Shown: positions 20,785-31,289, counted from the first letter of the stretch. The stretch is 64,000 nt of DNA from Blastocladiella emersonii ATCC 22665 (GCA_025594325.1 JANHCV010000008.1:434001-498000); one strand, 5' to 3'. Made by a program: numbers and translations. The notes: a model not told the origin generated them from the letters alone.

Positions 20785-22212
20785 TCACTCCTTACGCGGT
20801 CCGAGCCCAAACTTTCTGTACATATCCGTGACGCCATTCCAAACTGGGACAAGGTGCGAGCTGAGCATCTGCTCAGGCATGTCCGCGAGCGCCGCGAGGA
20901 ACATGCTTGCGTAGCGCAGCGCCTCGGCGTCCTTCATCTCGGGCAGCGTGGCCGACACCTGGATCGTTCGCGCCAAGTACTCGCGGGAGAGGTCCACGAG
21001 GACGTTGTACGACGTGCTGTACGTCCTACTCGTAGGCGGGAACGTGTCAAGCAGGCGCAAGCCGGAGATGATGGAGCGCTTGAGCCGGTCAATGTCGCGG
21101 GCCCGCGAGCATTTCACAAGTGCGTGTCCGAGGGCATCGTGGCGCAACGGCGGGAACTTGTTGCAATAAATGCAAGGCGGCCGCGCGACGGACGTCGGAT
21201 CGGCTCGATACCGGGTGCTTGAAGCGGATCGGTTCCTGGATGAAGAGCGCGAGCGAGTTCGGGAGCGAGAGCGAGTCCGGGAGCGAGAGCGAGTCCGGGA
21301 GCGAGAGCGAGTCCGGGAGCGAGAGCGAGTTCGGGAGCGAGAGCGAGTTCGGGGGCGCCGGATCGACTTCTTGAGACGCGGATTAGATTCAGTCGCGGCC
21401 GAATTGGAAATCAGCGGGTCACCAAGGCGGTTCTTGATGTTAATGATCGACATGTGCGGCATATCAACGAGCGCGACAATTTCGGGGTACCTCAACGCGG
21501 GCAGATACGCAAGTTTGTCGAGGTAGATTCGCTTGATGTGGGATAGTGCGAGCATGCCCAATGTGACCTCGGATTGCCGCAGCATGCGCCATGCTCGATT
21601 GTGAAAGTTGTTCAACGAGGACCGAGGGCTTGGCATCAGATCAACCCATTTCTGAGCCCAAAGCGGGCGCTGCTCGGCATGGACTGCGCGAGTGAACGCC
21701 CGCCTCGTTGACGTGTCAGAAAACTTGGGGTCGACCAAAAACGTGCACGCCAGGTAGTTGTCCCGCGACATGCAGTCCCGCGCAAGAAGCACCAGCTCGG
21801 CGAGAGGCTGTGCAGGCGCGAGCGCGTGCAGTGCATCGAGGAAGCCGCTTGGAGAGTCAATAGACACGCGCCCGTCGGGCGCGGGGAGACGGAAAAGTGG
21901 AGCGTGATGGCGATTCCGGTCATCAAGCGAGAGAGCGGACGGCGGCGGCGGCACTGAGCGGGCGACTTCGCGCACACGAGGGTCTGTAAGCGAAGCCGAT
22001 TCGCCGGGGCCTTCTGCAGCTGCCAGCCGCGTCCGGAGTGCATCACCGATTGTCTGAAGTCGGCTTTCGAGTCGCTGATACAATGCGACTGAGCACAGGA
22101 CTCGCTCCGCTGGATCGGCATGCGAGCTTGGCGGGTGATCGCCGCCCGCGAAATTCATACGCGGGTCGCGCGGGGTAGGGTCTAACGTGTTGCATAAAGT
22201 CATTTGATTCAT
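20785..22212 (-). CDS. Gag-capsid-like protein 2 (start ATG 22212 or 22158)
   Basis: LLARDCMSRDNYLACTFLVDPKFSDTSTRRAFTRAVHAEQRPLWAQKWVDL..SSLNNFHNR..YLDKL aligns with Gag-like 1 (LLAR..Y.AC..P..SD...RRAF..QR.P.W...W.L..S...F..R..LDKL). Knuckle CIYC-NKFPPLRHDALG-H-ALVK-C; RS tract. Confidence 0.7.
   Translation of the reverse strand: MNQMTLCNTLDPTPRDPRMNFAGGDHPPSSHADPAERVLCSVALYQRLESRLQTIGDALRTRLAAAEGPGESASLTDPRVREVARSVPPPPSALSLDDRNRHHAPLFRLPAPDGRVSIDSPSGFLDALHALAPAQPLAELVLLARDCMSRDNYLACTFLVDPKFSDTSTRRAFTRAVHAEQRPLWAQKWVDLMPSPRSSLNNFHNRAWRMLRQSEVTLGMLALSHIKRIYLDKLAYLPALRYPEIVALVDMPHMSIINIKNRLGDPLISNSAATESNPRLKKSIRRPRTRSRSRTRSRSRTRSRSRTRSRSRTRSRSRTRSRSSSRNRSASSTRYRADPTSVARPPCIYCNKFPPLRHDALGHALVKCSRARDIDRLKRSIISGLRLLDTFPPTSRTYSTSYNVLVDLSREYLARTIQVSATLPEMKDAEALRYASMFLAALADMPEQMLSSHLVPVWNGVTDMYRKFGLGPRKE
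21245..21352. repeat. Coding 18-bp tandem repeat, 6 copies, encoding (RTRSRS)n in Gag-like 2
   Basis: GAGCGAGAGCGAGTYCGG at 21245, 21263, 21281, 21299, 21317 and 21335. Confidence 0.95.
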
Positions 22213-22270
22213 TGGGGGTATGGTTGTGAGCGAGGGGAGTGGTAACGCCGACCCCCCTTCGACCTGTCCT

Positions 22271-22318
22271 TGCGGGGCTTTGCCCAAGCTATAGTGCGGG
22301 GCTTTGCCCAAGCTATAG
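22271..22318. repeat. Perfect 24-bp tandem duplication upstream of Gag-like 2
   Basis: TGCGGGGCTTTGCCCAAGCTATAG twice (22271-22294, 22295-22318). Confidence 0.95.
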
Positions 22319-24441
22319 GCGCTGCGATTTCGTTTTGACGCTCGTCACGCGACCCGATCACGTTGCTCCCAATGACATCACTCCCCGTGTCGCGTTGCGC
22401 CACTTCGCTTCGGCTCTCGCTTCCGCTCCGCTCCCCTCCCGCATGCTCCCCTCAATCGATGAAGCTGATTTACTCCATGCAATGAATCTCATAAATTATG
22501 AAATCGACGGCGGGCTGGTCCTGTCCCACCTCGGCGCTTTTGGGTGGCGCTCGCACGGCGACTGGCTGTGCTCGACTTGGCCGTTGACTTGAGTTTTCCG
22601 CTGGCACCGCTTTTGCACTCTGCTCTTGCTATTGCACAAGTGCTGCTTAGGCGAGCTCGCCGAGTGGAGCAGCGTATTGTGGGATGCTTTCATGGTACCT
22701 GGGCCTTTCAGTGCCTTGTTTCCCGTGGTGACCCAGGCTCAAAGGCGATGCTCTTTGTGTTCTAGTTCTTCCCCTTGTGTCGAAAAACTCGTTTTTCTTG
22801 ACCGCCGTTGCCGCCACTATACCGCCGTTGTGCCCGCCCAGCGAACCCTCGCGTCCTGTTCACTTGCCAAGGGACGTCGTGCCAAGCGAGGGTTGTGCAA
22901 CCAAGTCGCTTAAACCCTCGCGACGAGCGGTTACGCGGTATCTCTGCTTCGGCGGCCTGGGATGCGAACTTCATCACGAGCGAAGCGCACATCTGGCTTT
23001 GCTCCAGCGCAATCACGCGCGGCTCATCTGCTGCGCTGCTGGCCGCTTCTTACCTCGACCCCTGCTACCTGCACAGCGGCGAAACGTGTTATCGATTCAC
23101 TAAGAACTCCTTGTCAAGGTCTACCGAGCAACTGGAGGCGAGAGAAAGTCGGCTGAGCAAACCGTCGCAACCGCGGTTGGAACCGTTGATGCTAGCTTTC
23201 CACCAACGGGCGTGCGTCAGTACAATTTTGACAATCCTCACGTTCTCCGGGGTTTCGCACGACGATGAGGATTGCTCCGTCAGCAACTTTCATCAGGCGA
23301 ACAAGAGCGAGACAAAGCGCTCCGCTCATGCGCGCATCAAGACGTACACGATATCCATCCATCTGCGCTAGAGTGTCTCGTGTCGCTGTCAACGACATCC
23401 CGTGGCACCGTAACTCGCATCGACCTTTCGCGATCCTTCCACCATAGATCCGCTTCATCCGAGCTCTGTTGTTCCCTGCCCAAGGAGGCGAGCTCACGCG
23501 AGGTCTCGAGCTGGCTCAATGCGTGCGACGCGAAGGGAATCATCGTTGGTCGCGTTCTTAGCGGAAAATCGACGCGTTAGTCGAGATCGAGTCTTCGCGT
23601 GCATTCGTTGTGCATGATACATTCTGTTAGTTCACGATCGCCGACTGCTTTATTTTCGGCTCATTCAAAACACCAGCATGCTCTTACGAGCGAGTGGCTC
23701 GCCTTGACGCGTCTGTCACAAATCCGATCTCAGTTGCCTTGAGCGCGCTGGAACTACGCGCTACGTGCGCGTATGCTGCATTGGGGCGATGTTGAGAGTA
23801 ATCGGCGCCCACAATCAAGTCGCGCTAGCGCTCGATCAAAGCCACCATCACTCGAGCCAGTTTGTGTTTGTGCGCGCTTGATCGCAACTCGCTGCTCAAG
23901 GAGTCACTCCCGCAACTTGAACAACGATCCGTTCAGCGACCTTCAGCTATCTCCGCCACGTCCGTAGTCGACTTGATCCACCTCAAGAGCAGGAAGACGC
24001 ACAAAAGCGCGAAGAAGGCGTGTTGCGACGGCCCCAACGCGTGGATCTGACGCGTCGCGACGCTTTCTTTGAAGCCCCTTTGAGTGCTGCGAGTCCGAAG
24101 CATGATATCAGTCCGCGCTACATCTGAAGCGATTTCAGTGTCCCTTAGTTCATAAATCATGCAGTTCCTTGCATCACGCGTCAATCGCGCGTCTGTAGTG
24201 CCAGGTGATCGCAGCGAGAGGGCACTTGGGCAAAGCCCCGCACAGTTGACACCCGAACGAAGTGAGTGGTGGAGGTACTGGCAATTGAAGTCTCCAGATT
24301 GCGTCACGTGTTCTCGAAACGCGTCTCGCACCTCCCGCCTTCGCGGCACAACGCGCCAGTGCGAGTTCCTCGCGCACGCCGCGCGAGTTCCACGATTATC
24401 ACGGTTGCCATCCAGTTGCACAACCAAGTTTATTCGCTCCG

Positions 24442-25297
24442 CTACCCAAGCCCGTCACTGTGGTGGTGGTAGTACTTTCGCGTAACGCCCTTCCACACTG
24501 GCTCAATATGCGAGCGATACATGTCGCACGCCATGTTCACGAGCGCAGCAAGGAGCAGGATCACGTAGCGCAGCGCTTCTATATCCATCACCGCGGTCAT
24601 CATGGTCGTTGCTTGGTCCGTGCGCTGCGAGTACTTGCTGGATAGCGCGGCGAGAGTCGTGAACGACTCGCTTCACGTTCTGCGCTCGGGTGGGAAGGTA
24701 TCCAGAAGCCGCAAACCAACGAGTATTGAGTGGACAAAGCACTTGACGGCTACCTTGACGCTGGTGGCAATGTCAAACAACGAGCCGCGCGACTTGCACT
24801 TGGGCGGAAACGTGTTGGGCGCTGCCTGACAAGCACACGTCGTCGAAGATGGAGCAGAGGAAGCGCGCGCAGTCGCTGAGCTGGAAACAAGTAAGGTCGG
24901 TGTTTGGCCCAACGCGCAGCGGCGGGAACTCGACGGGGAGGCGGAAGAGCGGCGCGCGAGTGCGGATCAGCTCCTCGATGCAATGTGATGGCGATGGTGT
25001 AAGCGAAGAAAGCGGTGCCGGAGTAGGACGAGGCGGCGAGCGGCTCAGGCGATCCGCATCGGTTGCGTGGCCCACCACGCACGCAGCCAACCTCGATTCA
25101 ATCCCGACGCGGATCGTGTGTAGACGAGTCTCGAGCCTCTGGAACAACAAGTCGTCGTCCGAGTGTAGGGGCGTCCGCGCTGGATCGTCCAGCGGGGCGG
25201 CGGCCAGGACCAGCGCTGGCGGCGGGCCGCGCGAAGCTGCTTCGCTCGCCGTTGAAGGCTCAATACATGGTAGATTGCACGTAGTCATGAGTTTCAT
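24442..25297 (-). pseudogene. Gag-capsid-like copy 3: internally deleted, frameshifted, with an in-frame stop
   Basis: LFQRLETRLHTIRVGIESRLAA and APLFRLP match the copy 2 N-terminus. After a junction near 24840 it resumes as NTFPP...SILVGLRLLDTFPPERRT*SESF...DIEALRYVILLLAALVNMACDMYRSHIEPVWKGVT, matching the copy 2 C-terminus (SIISGLRLLDTFPPTSRTYSTSY...DAEALRYASMFLAALADMPEQMLSSHLVPVWNGVT). TGA at 24673-24675. Confidence 0.8.
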
Positions 25298-25501
25298 TGT
25301 CGGCCATGCGCTGGAGGTAACAGGAGAGAGGGGCACTCGGGTCGCACGCGCTCGCCAACGACGCGCTGAGCGACGCGACGCGTTTCACCTCGCGTCGCCA
25401 TCTCCACGGCACGTAGCATCGCAGGATTCTCCCTCATGACCGAGCTACGAGACACGACCAACAAGCAAACTATAGATATACACCCTCCACAACCCCCGTC
25501 C

Positions 25502-27298
25502 TCAAATCGACACGGGCCGGTACACGACCGTGGTGACATGCTTCTTGCGGTACCGCGCCGTGATCGCCACCGCCATCACCCCATCCCGGATACTGCACGC
25601 GTAGAGGTGGTTGAGGACGACGTGCGGCGGGACGGGCACGCTCTCCTCGTCGGGCCGCGCTGCGTTGAGGAGCACCTTGGTCAGGTGCGCGGGGAGCGCG
25701 GGCGGCTCGACCACGGGCTCGCCCGTGGGGCCCAGCGTCACGACGAACCCCGTCGGCGTGCCGGTCCCGTTGCTCGCGGCCGCGGCGGCGGAGGCGGAAG
25801 AGGCGGTGGGCGGGTGCGACGCGAGACGGAGCAGCGCCGAGGTTGAGGGCACCTGCGTCGAGTACTCGCCCGGCGGGGACTCGCCGAGCGGCGGCAGCGG
25901 CGCCTGGTTCGCGGACGACGGGGGCGGGGTACTGGTGCCGAGCGGTGGCGGGGACGCGGACGCGGACGGCGACGCAGAGGTGCGTCCGTTCCCCGCGAGC
26001 GCCGATGCGCGCGGCGGGAGCGGGTTCGGGACACTAGCCGAGAACGGTGCCGCGGCCGGGACCGCCGCCGAGGTCGCAGGTGCCACTGGTTGGGCGACGG
26101 GCACCGGCCGCGCGGCCGCCGCGACCGCTGCCCCCACGAACGCAGCCGCGGGGACCGACGATGCAGGGACCGTCTGGGCCCTCGCGCGCCCACCCGCACT
26201 CGCCACCTCGCCCACAGGCGACGGCGCGAGCGGCGGCATCTGGACCTCGACAAAATTGACGAGGTTCCCGTCCTCGTCCTGCGCCGTGGGCAGCTGGCGG
26301 CAGCACCGCCACTCGTCGTCGACGATGAACTTGAGGCGGTAGACGCCGGGCGCGAGGGCGAGGGTGACGGCAAAAGTCGGCCGTTTCTGGTTGTCGTCGT
26401 TGCCGCGGCGGAGCGGTACCTTGCTGCGCCACTGGTTGAAGGTGCCCGTGATGTACACGGCCGACGGGACGTCCGACGGCGGGCCCGTCGCGTGCGGGTC
26501 GGCGAGGGTGTCGACGACGTACCGGATCGTGGTCGGGACCGTTGCGGGGGCGGTGGTGGCGGGGGCGGGAGTCGGCGCGACGCGTGGGGACTTGGCGGCG
26601 GGCGCGGGCAGCGGCTCGAGACCCTGCATCTGCTGCTGCTGCTCCTTCTGCTTGCGAATCGCGGCCGAGAGCGCCGACTCGCCCGACGCGCCAGCCGTCG
26701 GGGATAGGGGGGACGGCAGCCGCATATTCGCCGCCACCGCGAGCCCGTCGACGGACGGCAGTTGTGGCGGCGACAGCATGTCCGGGTACTCGCTCGGCTC
26801 TCCGGGCGTTGCGCCACCCGCCGTCGCGGCGTCGGGCGGGAGCGCGAGCAGGGGCATCCCCGTAGCCGGATCGAATGCGCCCGCCGGTCCCCCAGCGGCG
26901 AGATCGAGGTCCGGCATCATCATCCCCGTGGCTGCGGCCCCGCCGGCGTGCGTCGTGGTCGACGCGTACGATAGCGGCGACCCGACGAACGGCGACGCGC
27001 CCATGAGCCGCTGCGCGGCGGCGGCTGCCGCGGGCATCGGGATCGGCGCGGGGCTCGCGGGCTCGTAGTACCCAGGATTCGGGATTCGCGGCGACGGCAG
27101 CGCGATGGGCTGGGTCGGTGGCGGGCGGCCGTTGGCGAGGTTGAGCGGGGCGGGGCGCGGGGACGCGCGGACCGCGGGCGAGGCGCTGGCGGACGGGTGG
27201 CGGCGCGGCGAGAGCGGGCGGGAGTCGCCAGTGGTGGAGGGAGGGAGCGGCGAGGTGCCGTCGTCGAGTCCCATGGGCGAGGATGGCGAGTTGCCCAT
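25502..27298 (-). CDS. AMPK/SNF1 beta subunit (Sip2/Gal83 family)
   Basis: N-myristoylation start MGNSPS (27298); CBM VYITGTFNQWRSKVPL...LAPGVYRLKFIVDDEWR...DGNLVNFVEV; C-terminal ASC domain PPALPAHLTKVLLN...PPHVVLNHLYACSIRDGVMAVAITARYRKKHVTTVVYRP. Confidence 0.93.
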   Translation of the reverse strand: MGNSPSSPMGLDDGTSPLPPSTTGDSRPLSPRRHPSASASPAVRASPRPAPLNLANGRPPPTQPIALPSPRIPNPGYYEPASPAPIPMPAAAAAAQRLMGASPFVGSPLSYASTTTHAGGAAATGMMMPDLDLAAGGPAGAFDPATGMPLLALPPDAATAGGATPGEPSEYPDMLSPPQLPSVDGLAVAANMRLPSPLSPTAGASGESALSAAIRKQKEQQQQMQGLEPLPAPAAKSPRVAPTPAPATTAPATVPTTIRYVVDTLADPHATGPPSDVPSAVYITGTFNQWRSKVPLRRGNDDNQKRPTFAVTLALAPGVYRLKFIVDDEWRCCRQLPTAQDEDGNLVNFVEVQMPPLAPSPVGEVASAGGRARAQTVPASSVPAAAFVGAAVAAAARPVPVAQPVAPATSAAVPAAAPFSASVPNPLPPRASALAGNGRTSASPSASASPPPLGTSTPPPSSANQAPLPPLGESPPGEYSTQVPSTSALLRLASHPPTASSASAAAAASNGTGTPTGFVVTLGPTGEPVVEPPALPAHLTKVLLNAARPDEESVPVPPHVVLNHLYACSIRDGVMAVAITARYRKKHVTTVVYRPVSI

Positions 27299-27702
27299 GC
27301 TCGCGGCGGCGGCGGTAGCGGGTGGGGGTGGTGGGGGAGCGAGCGGTGGCGCGTCGGCGGTTACGGGAGGCGGTGGGAACGCGGCAGACGGGCCGCTGGG
27401 TGATGGCGAGGACAGGGACGAGGTTGGTGGAGACGCCAGGGCGGACACTCACGCGGAGGGGAGGGAGGGAGGGAGGTGGGAGCGGGAGGCGTCGCCGCGC
27501 GTCGTTAATGTCGCGGGAGAAGGCCGCAAAGATCGGTCGGCGGTGAATCAAGTGCGTTGCATGGGGTTGCCGGTGCGGCAGCGTCGAGGTGCGCGAGTAT
27601 TACATGCGCTTTGGGAGGGGGCGGTCGTTCGAGGTCGGCGCCGACTTTTCGGAACTCGTCATCGTCGCGTCACGTCCCCCCTCTCTCCCCTTACATTACG
27701 CT

Positions 27703-29224
27703 ATGAATCACCCACCAATGCATCTCAAAACCGCAAGAGACCAGTTCCCGCAACGCGCCGCGCAGATCGCCGCGCTCGAGGCGTACCTCGCCAGCGTCCG
27801 TCGATTCCGCTCCGCCCTCCCCTCGTCCCTTCTCACCAACTTTCCCGCTGGATAGCCGTCCCTGCCCGTCCCGTTCCCCATCTTCGTCTCCGGGTCCGAG
27901 ACCACGGGCAAGTCGGCCGTCCTGCGCGCCGCGGCGCGCGACATCAACGCGGCCCGCCCGCTATCCGCCGCCTACGTCTCGTGCAAGACGGCCTACTCGG
28001 CCAAGCTCGCCCTGTCCAAGACCGTGCGCCAGTGGAGTTCGGGGAACGATGTCAAGGTCGACTCGCTGTGCTCGTTCGTGCACGCCGTCCAGGCCGCGGT
28101 CCCCGCCAGCGACGCGTTGCAGCGGTGGATGGTGCGTGCTCTCTCATCCGCTGGACTTGACGCGGGCCTGACTGAAGCTTTGTGCGGGTAGATCCTCGAC
28201 GACGCGCACTACATGCTCGACTGGGGCGCGCAGTTCGTCATGGCCCTGGTCCGCGCCATTGAGCTGGTACGCCCGCTCCCTCCCCACCCCCACCCCGTTC
28301 CTTCACTGACCCCCGCTCCAGACCGAACGCAACCTCGTTCTCGTCCTCGTCTCGACGCGCGACTGGCGCTCCTTCTCGTCGACCTCCCCGATCCTGCCCC
28401 TGACCTTCCCGCCGTACACGAAACCCGAGCTCGCGTCGATCCTGCGCGCCATGAACGCCGCCGCGATCGGGCCCGACCCGGACCCGCTGTTCGACGTGCT
28501 CGCCGAGGCCCTCATCGACAGCGTGCGCCAGTGCTGCACCAACCTGCTCGAGTTCAACGCCGGCCTCGCGCGCCTCTACCCGCGCGCGCGCCAGCTCGTG
28601 GCCGACGACGAGGTGCGGCCGAACCAAATCGCCAAGCTGTTCGCGATTCTCAAGGAGGATATCTGGTCGATCGCCGCGGGGCTGTTCTCGGGTCACTCGA
28701 CGGCGGTCGACACGTACGACCGGCCGGGTGTCACGCCTGCCGCCGCTGCGGCTGCGCGCCGCGCGGCGGGCACCACGGGAAAGGAGCAGGACCTGCCGAC
28801 CGTGACCAAGTACCTCCTCGTCGCGTCGTACCTGGCGAGCTACAACCCGGCGTCCGTCGACCGCCAGTTTTTCGCGCGCGGGCGCGACCCGACGGCCGTC
28901 AAGAAGCGGCGCACCGAGGCGACCAAGGGCAAGAAAACCACCATTGCGCCGGTCCGCCAGCAGCTGCTGGGCCCCAAGGCGTTCCCGCTCGAGCGCATGC
29001 TCGCCATCTTCTACGCGATCGCCGACGGGAACGTCGACCACGCCGAGGACGTGCTGAGCCAGGTCGCGACGCTCGTCGCGCTGTGCTACCTGACCCGCGT
29101 GAGCGCGAGCGACGCGCTCGATAATTACCGGCTCAAGTGCAACCTCGCGTACGACGCCGTGTTCCGCATTGCACAGTCGATCCGGTTCAATATCCAGGAG
29201 TGTCTCGCGGACGTACACAACTGA
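27703..29224 (+). CDS. ORC5: Origin recognition complex subunit 5 (three introns)
   Basis: Spliced exons give FPQRAAQIAALEAYL|PSLPVPFPIFVSGSETTGKSAVL (Walker A), ILDDAHY, LTFPPYTKPEL and the ORC5 C-terminal LPTVTKYLLVASYLASYNPASVDRQFF...LLGPKAFPLERMLAIF. Confidence 0.9.
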
Positions 29225-29241
29225 GATATACAATTAATCTA

Positions 29242-30289
29242 TTACGCGAGTTCCGCCGGCGGATTCAGCGGCTCCGCGGGCCCGCTCCACCCGTAATTCT
29301 CGGCGAACCAGTCAACCATGGCCGGCACGCTCGTGCACACGTTGAACCGCTTCTTCTCCCACCCGCTCATGTGGTGCGCGTCGAGCATGTACATGAGGTG
29401 GTGGTGGATCACAAACGGGTGCGTCCCGCACCGCAGCGCCAGGTCCAGGTACCGCCGCGCCGCCTCGACGGGTGCGTGCGCGTACCCCGCGAACAGCGCC
29501 GGGTTCGCCAGCAGCCCGCGCGCCGCCATCACACCGTCGACCTTGGTCGCCGCGACGATCCGATCGGCATCTCCCAATGAAAAGACGTCGCCGTTGGCGA
29601 CGACGGGGACCGAGACCGCGGCCTTGACGGTCGCAATCGCGTCGAGGTTCACGGGCTCGGTCGACTTCTGGTGGCGCGTGCGCCCGTGCACCGTGATGAA
29701 CTCGGCGCCCGCGGCCTCGGCGCGGCGCGCGAGCTCGACCGTCTCGCGCACGTCGGCGTGCACGCGGATCTTGACGGTGCGCGTGATCTCGGGCGCGCGC
29801 CGGCGCAAGGTGGACATCATGTCCGCGATCAGGTCCGGGCGCTCCATCAGGTACGCCCCGATCCGGTCCTTGTACGCCCACTTTTGCGGGCACCCGCACT
29901 ACGACGTGGAGACATAGTCAGGCCCGTTCTCGTGGTCGAACGCGGCGCAGGCGTACATTGACATCAACCGCATCGACATAAGGCCCGGCCAGCACCGCCG
30001 CGGACGCAAACTCATCCGCATTCTTGGCCGCGAGCTGGAGGACCACGGGCCCGTCGCTCGGCAGCGTGGTGAACTCGGAGTCGCGCGCGAACGGCGACGC
30101 CACGAACACGTCGGCCAGGATCATGGGCGTGTACGCAATGTCCGTGTTGTACCCGCGCACCAGCTCGCGGAAGGCGAGCTTCGAGTACCGCACCATCGGC
30201 GCGCACACTTTCACGTAGTCGCCCGCGGAGCGTTTCGCGTCGAACAGCGCGAGGAGGTCGGTTTTTTGCCGCGGGAATGGTGGGTTCAT
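29242..30289 (-). CDS. DUS4: tRNA-dihydrouridine synthase (Dus4-like); one intron about 29895-29958
   Basis: KVCAPMVRYSKLAFRELVRGY..DIAYTPMILADVF; VDAVDVN|CGCPQKWAYKDRIGAYLM; VKIRVHAD; FITVHGRT; VANGD; DGVMAARGLLANPALF. Confidence 0.9.
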
Positions 30290-30491
30290 TTGTTTTACGT
30301 TTGTGTGGGTGGTGGTAGGGGAGAGGGGACGCGAAGGAAGGAAGGACGCATTGCGCCACACTTGAAAGGGTGTTGATTTGACGTCACGCCGCGTCAGCTG
30401 ACCCGTGTCGACGCGCCTCGAAACCTTGAGGTGAGTTGCAGGTGGCGCTCCGCGACCTTTCTCTCTCCCCTCACACGCAACACAAGTAACA

Positions 30492-31289
30492 ATGACATCG
30501 TATGGACAGAAGCTACCTGCCGAAGTGATCGAGGACATCCTTGTGCGCGCCGTCCGGCTCGATCGAACCCTTGGCAACTACTCGAACTACCTTGCCGTGC
30601 TCTCGCCGCCGAGTCCAGCACTTGTCGCATTTGCGAGAAAGCGACTCGAGTTCTACTCCTACAGCCTTTTCCACCCCACCATGGACGACGGAGCCAACCT
30701 GCCCCTCCTCGATCTGTGGGTGAGCATTGGTTTGCCGCTCCCCAAGAACGTTAATCGAATGATCGAAAACGCGTGCTCGATGGGCCAAGTCGATACGCTT
30801 GACTGGCTTGCGCGCGCGTACGGACCAGAGCTCACGTACACGGCCGATGCCATGGACATGGCTTCCGCGAATGTACAAACGCGCGTCCTTGACTGGTGGG
30901 TCGCGTCGGGATACCCGCTCAAGTACACCGGCCGCGCCATCGCGTACCCGGCGTCTGTAGGGCGGATGGACTCGCTTGTGTGGTGGCGCGACTCAGGGCT
31001 CAACCTCGCCGGGAAAACGGACGCAGCAATCGACGCCGCGTCAGGAGCGGGTCGTGTCAATGTGCTCGAGTGACTCGTCCACGAGTCGGGCTGGCCCGTT
31101 GTGTACTCGAAATCGGCCGTTGACGCGGCGGCGTCGGCGGCAAAGATGGACGTGCTGCTCTGGTGGAGCAACTCGGGCCTCCCAATCAAGGGTTCCAACA
31201 AAGGAATCGGCACCGCGCGGCAGTTCCGGCATCGCGCAGTTGTTGATTGGTGGGGCGAGGTTGGGCTCCCGGATCCTCAGCGAAAGTAA
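30492..31289 (+). pseudogene. F-box-like plus ankyrin-like (WWxxSG repeat) protein with one in-frame TGA at a Trp position
   Basis: N-terminal KLPAEVIEDILVRA. Repeats AMDMASANVQTRVLDWWVASGYPLKY, LVWWRDSGLNL, AIDAASGAGRVNVLE*LVHESGWPVVYSKSAVDAAA..LLWWSNSGLPIK. TGA 31071-31073, after which the frame continues to 31289. Confidence 0.75.

Noticed and set aside
16000-25400. Full LTR retrotransposon or endogenous giant-virus insertion
   Set aside because: No LTR pair, PBS/PPT, protease, RT or integrase, and no NCLDV or Polinton hallmark genes recognised. ORF X remains unassigned.
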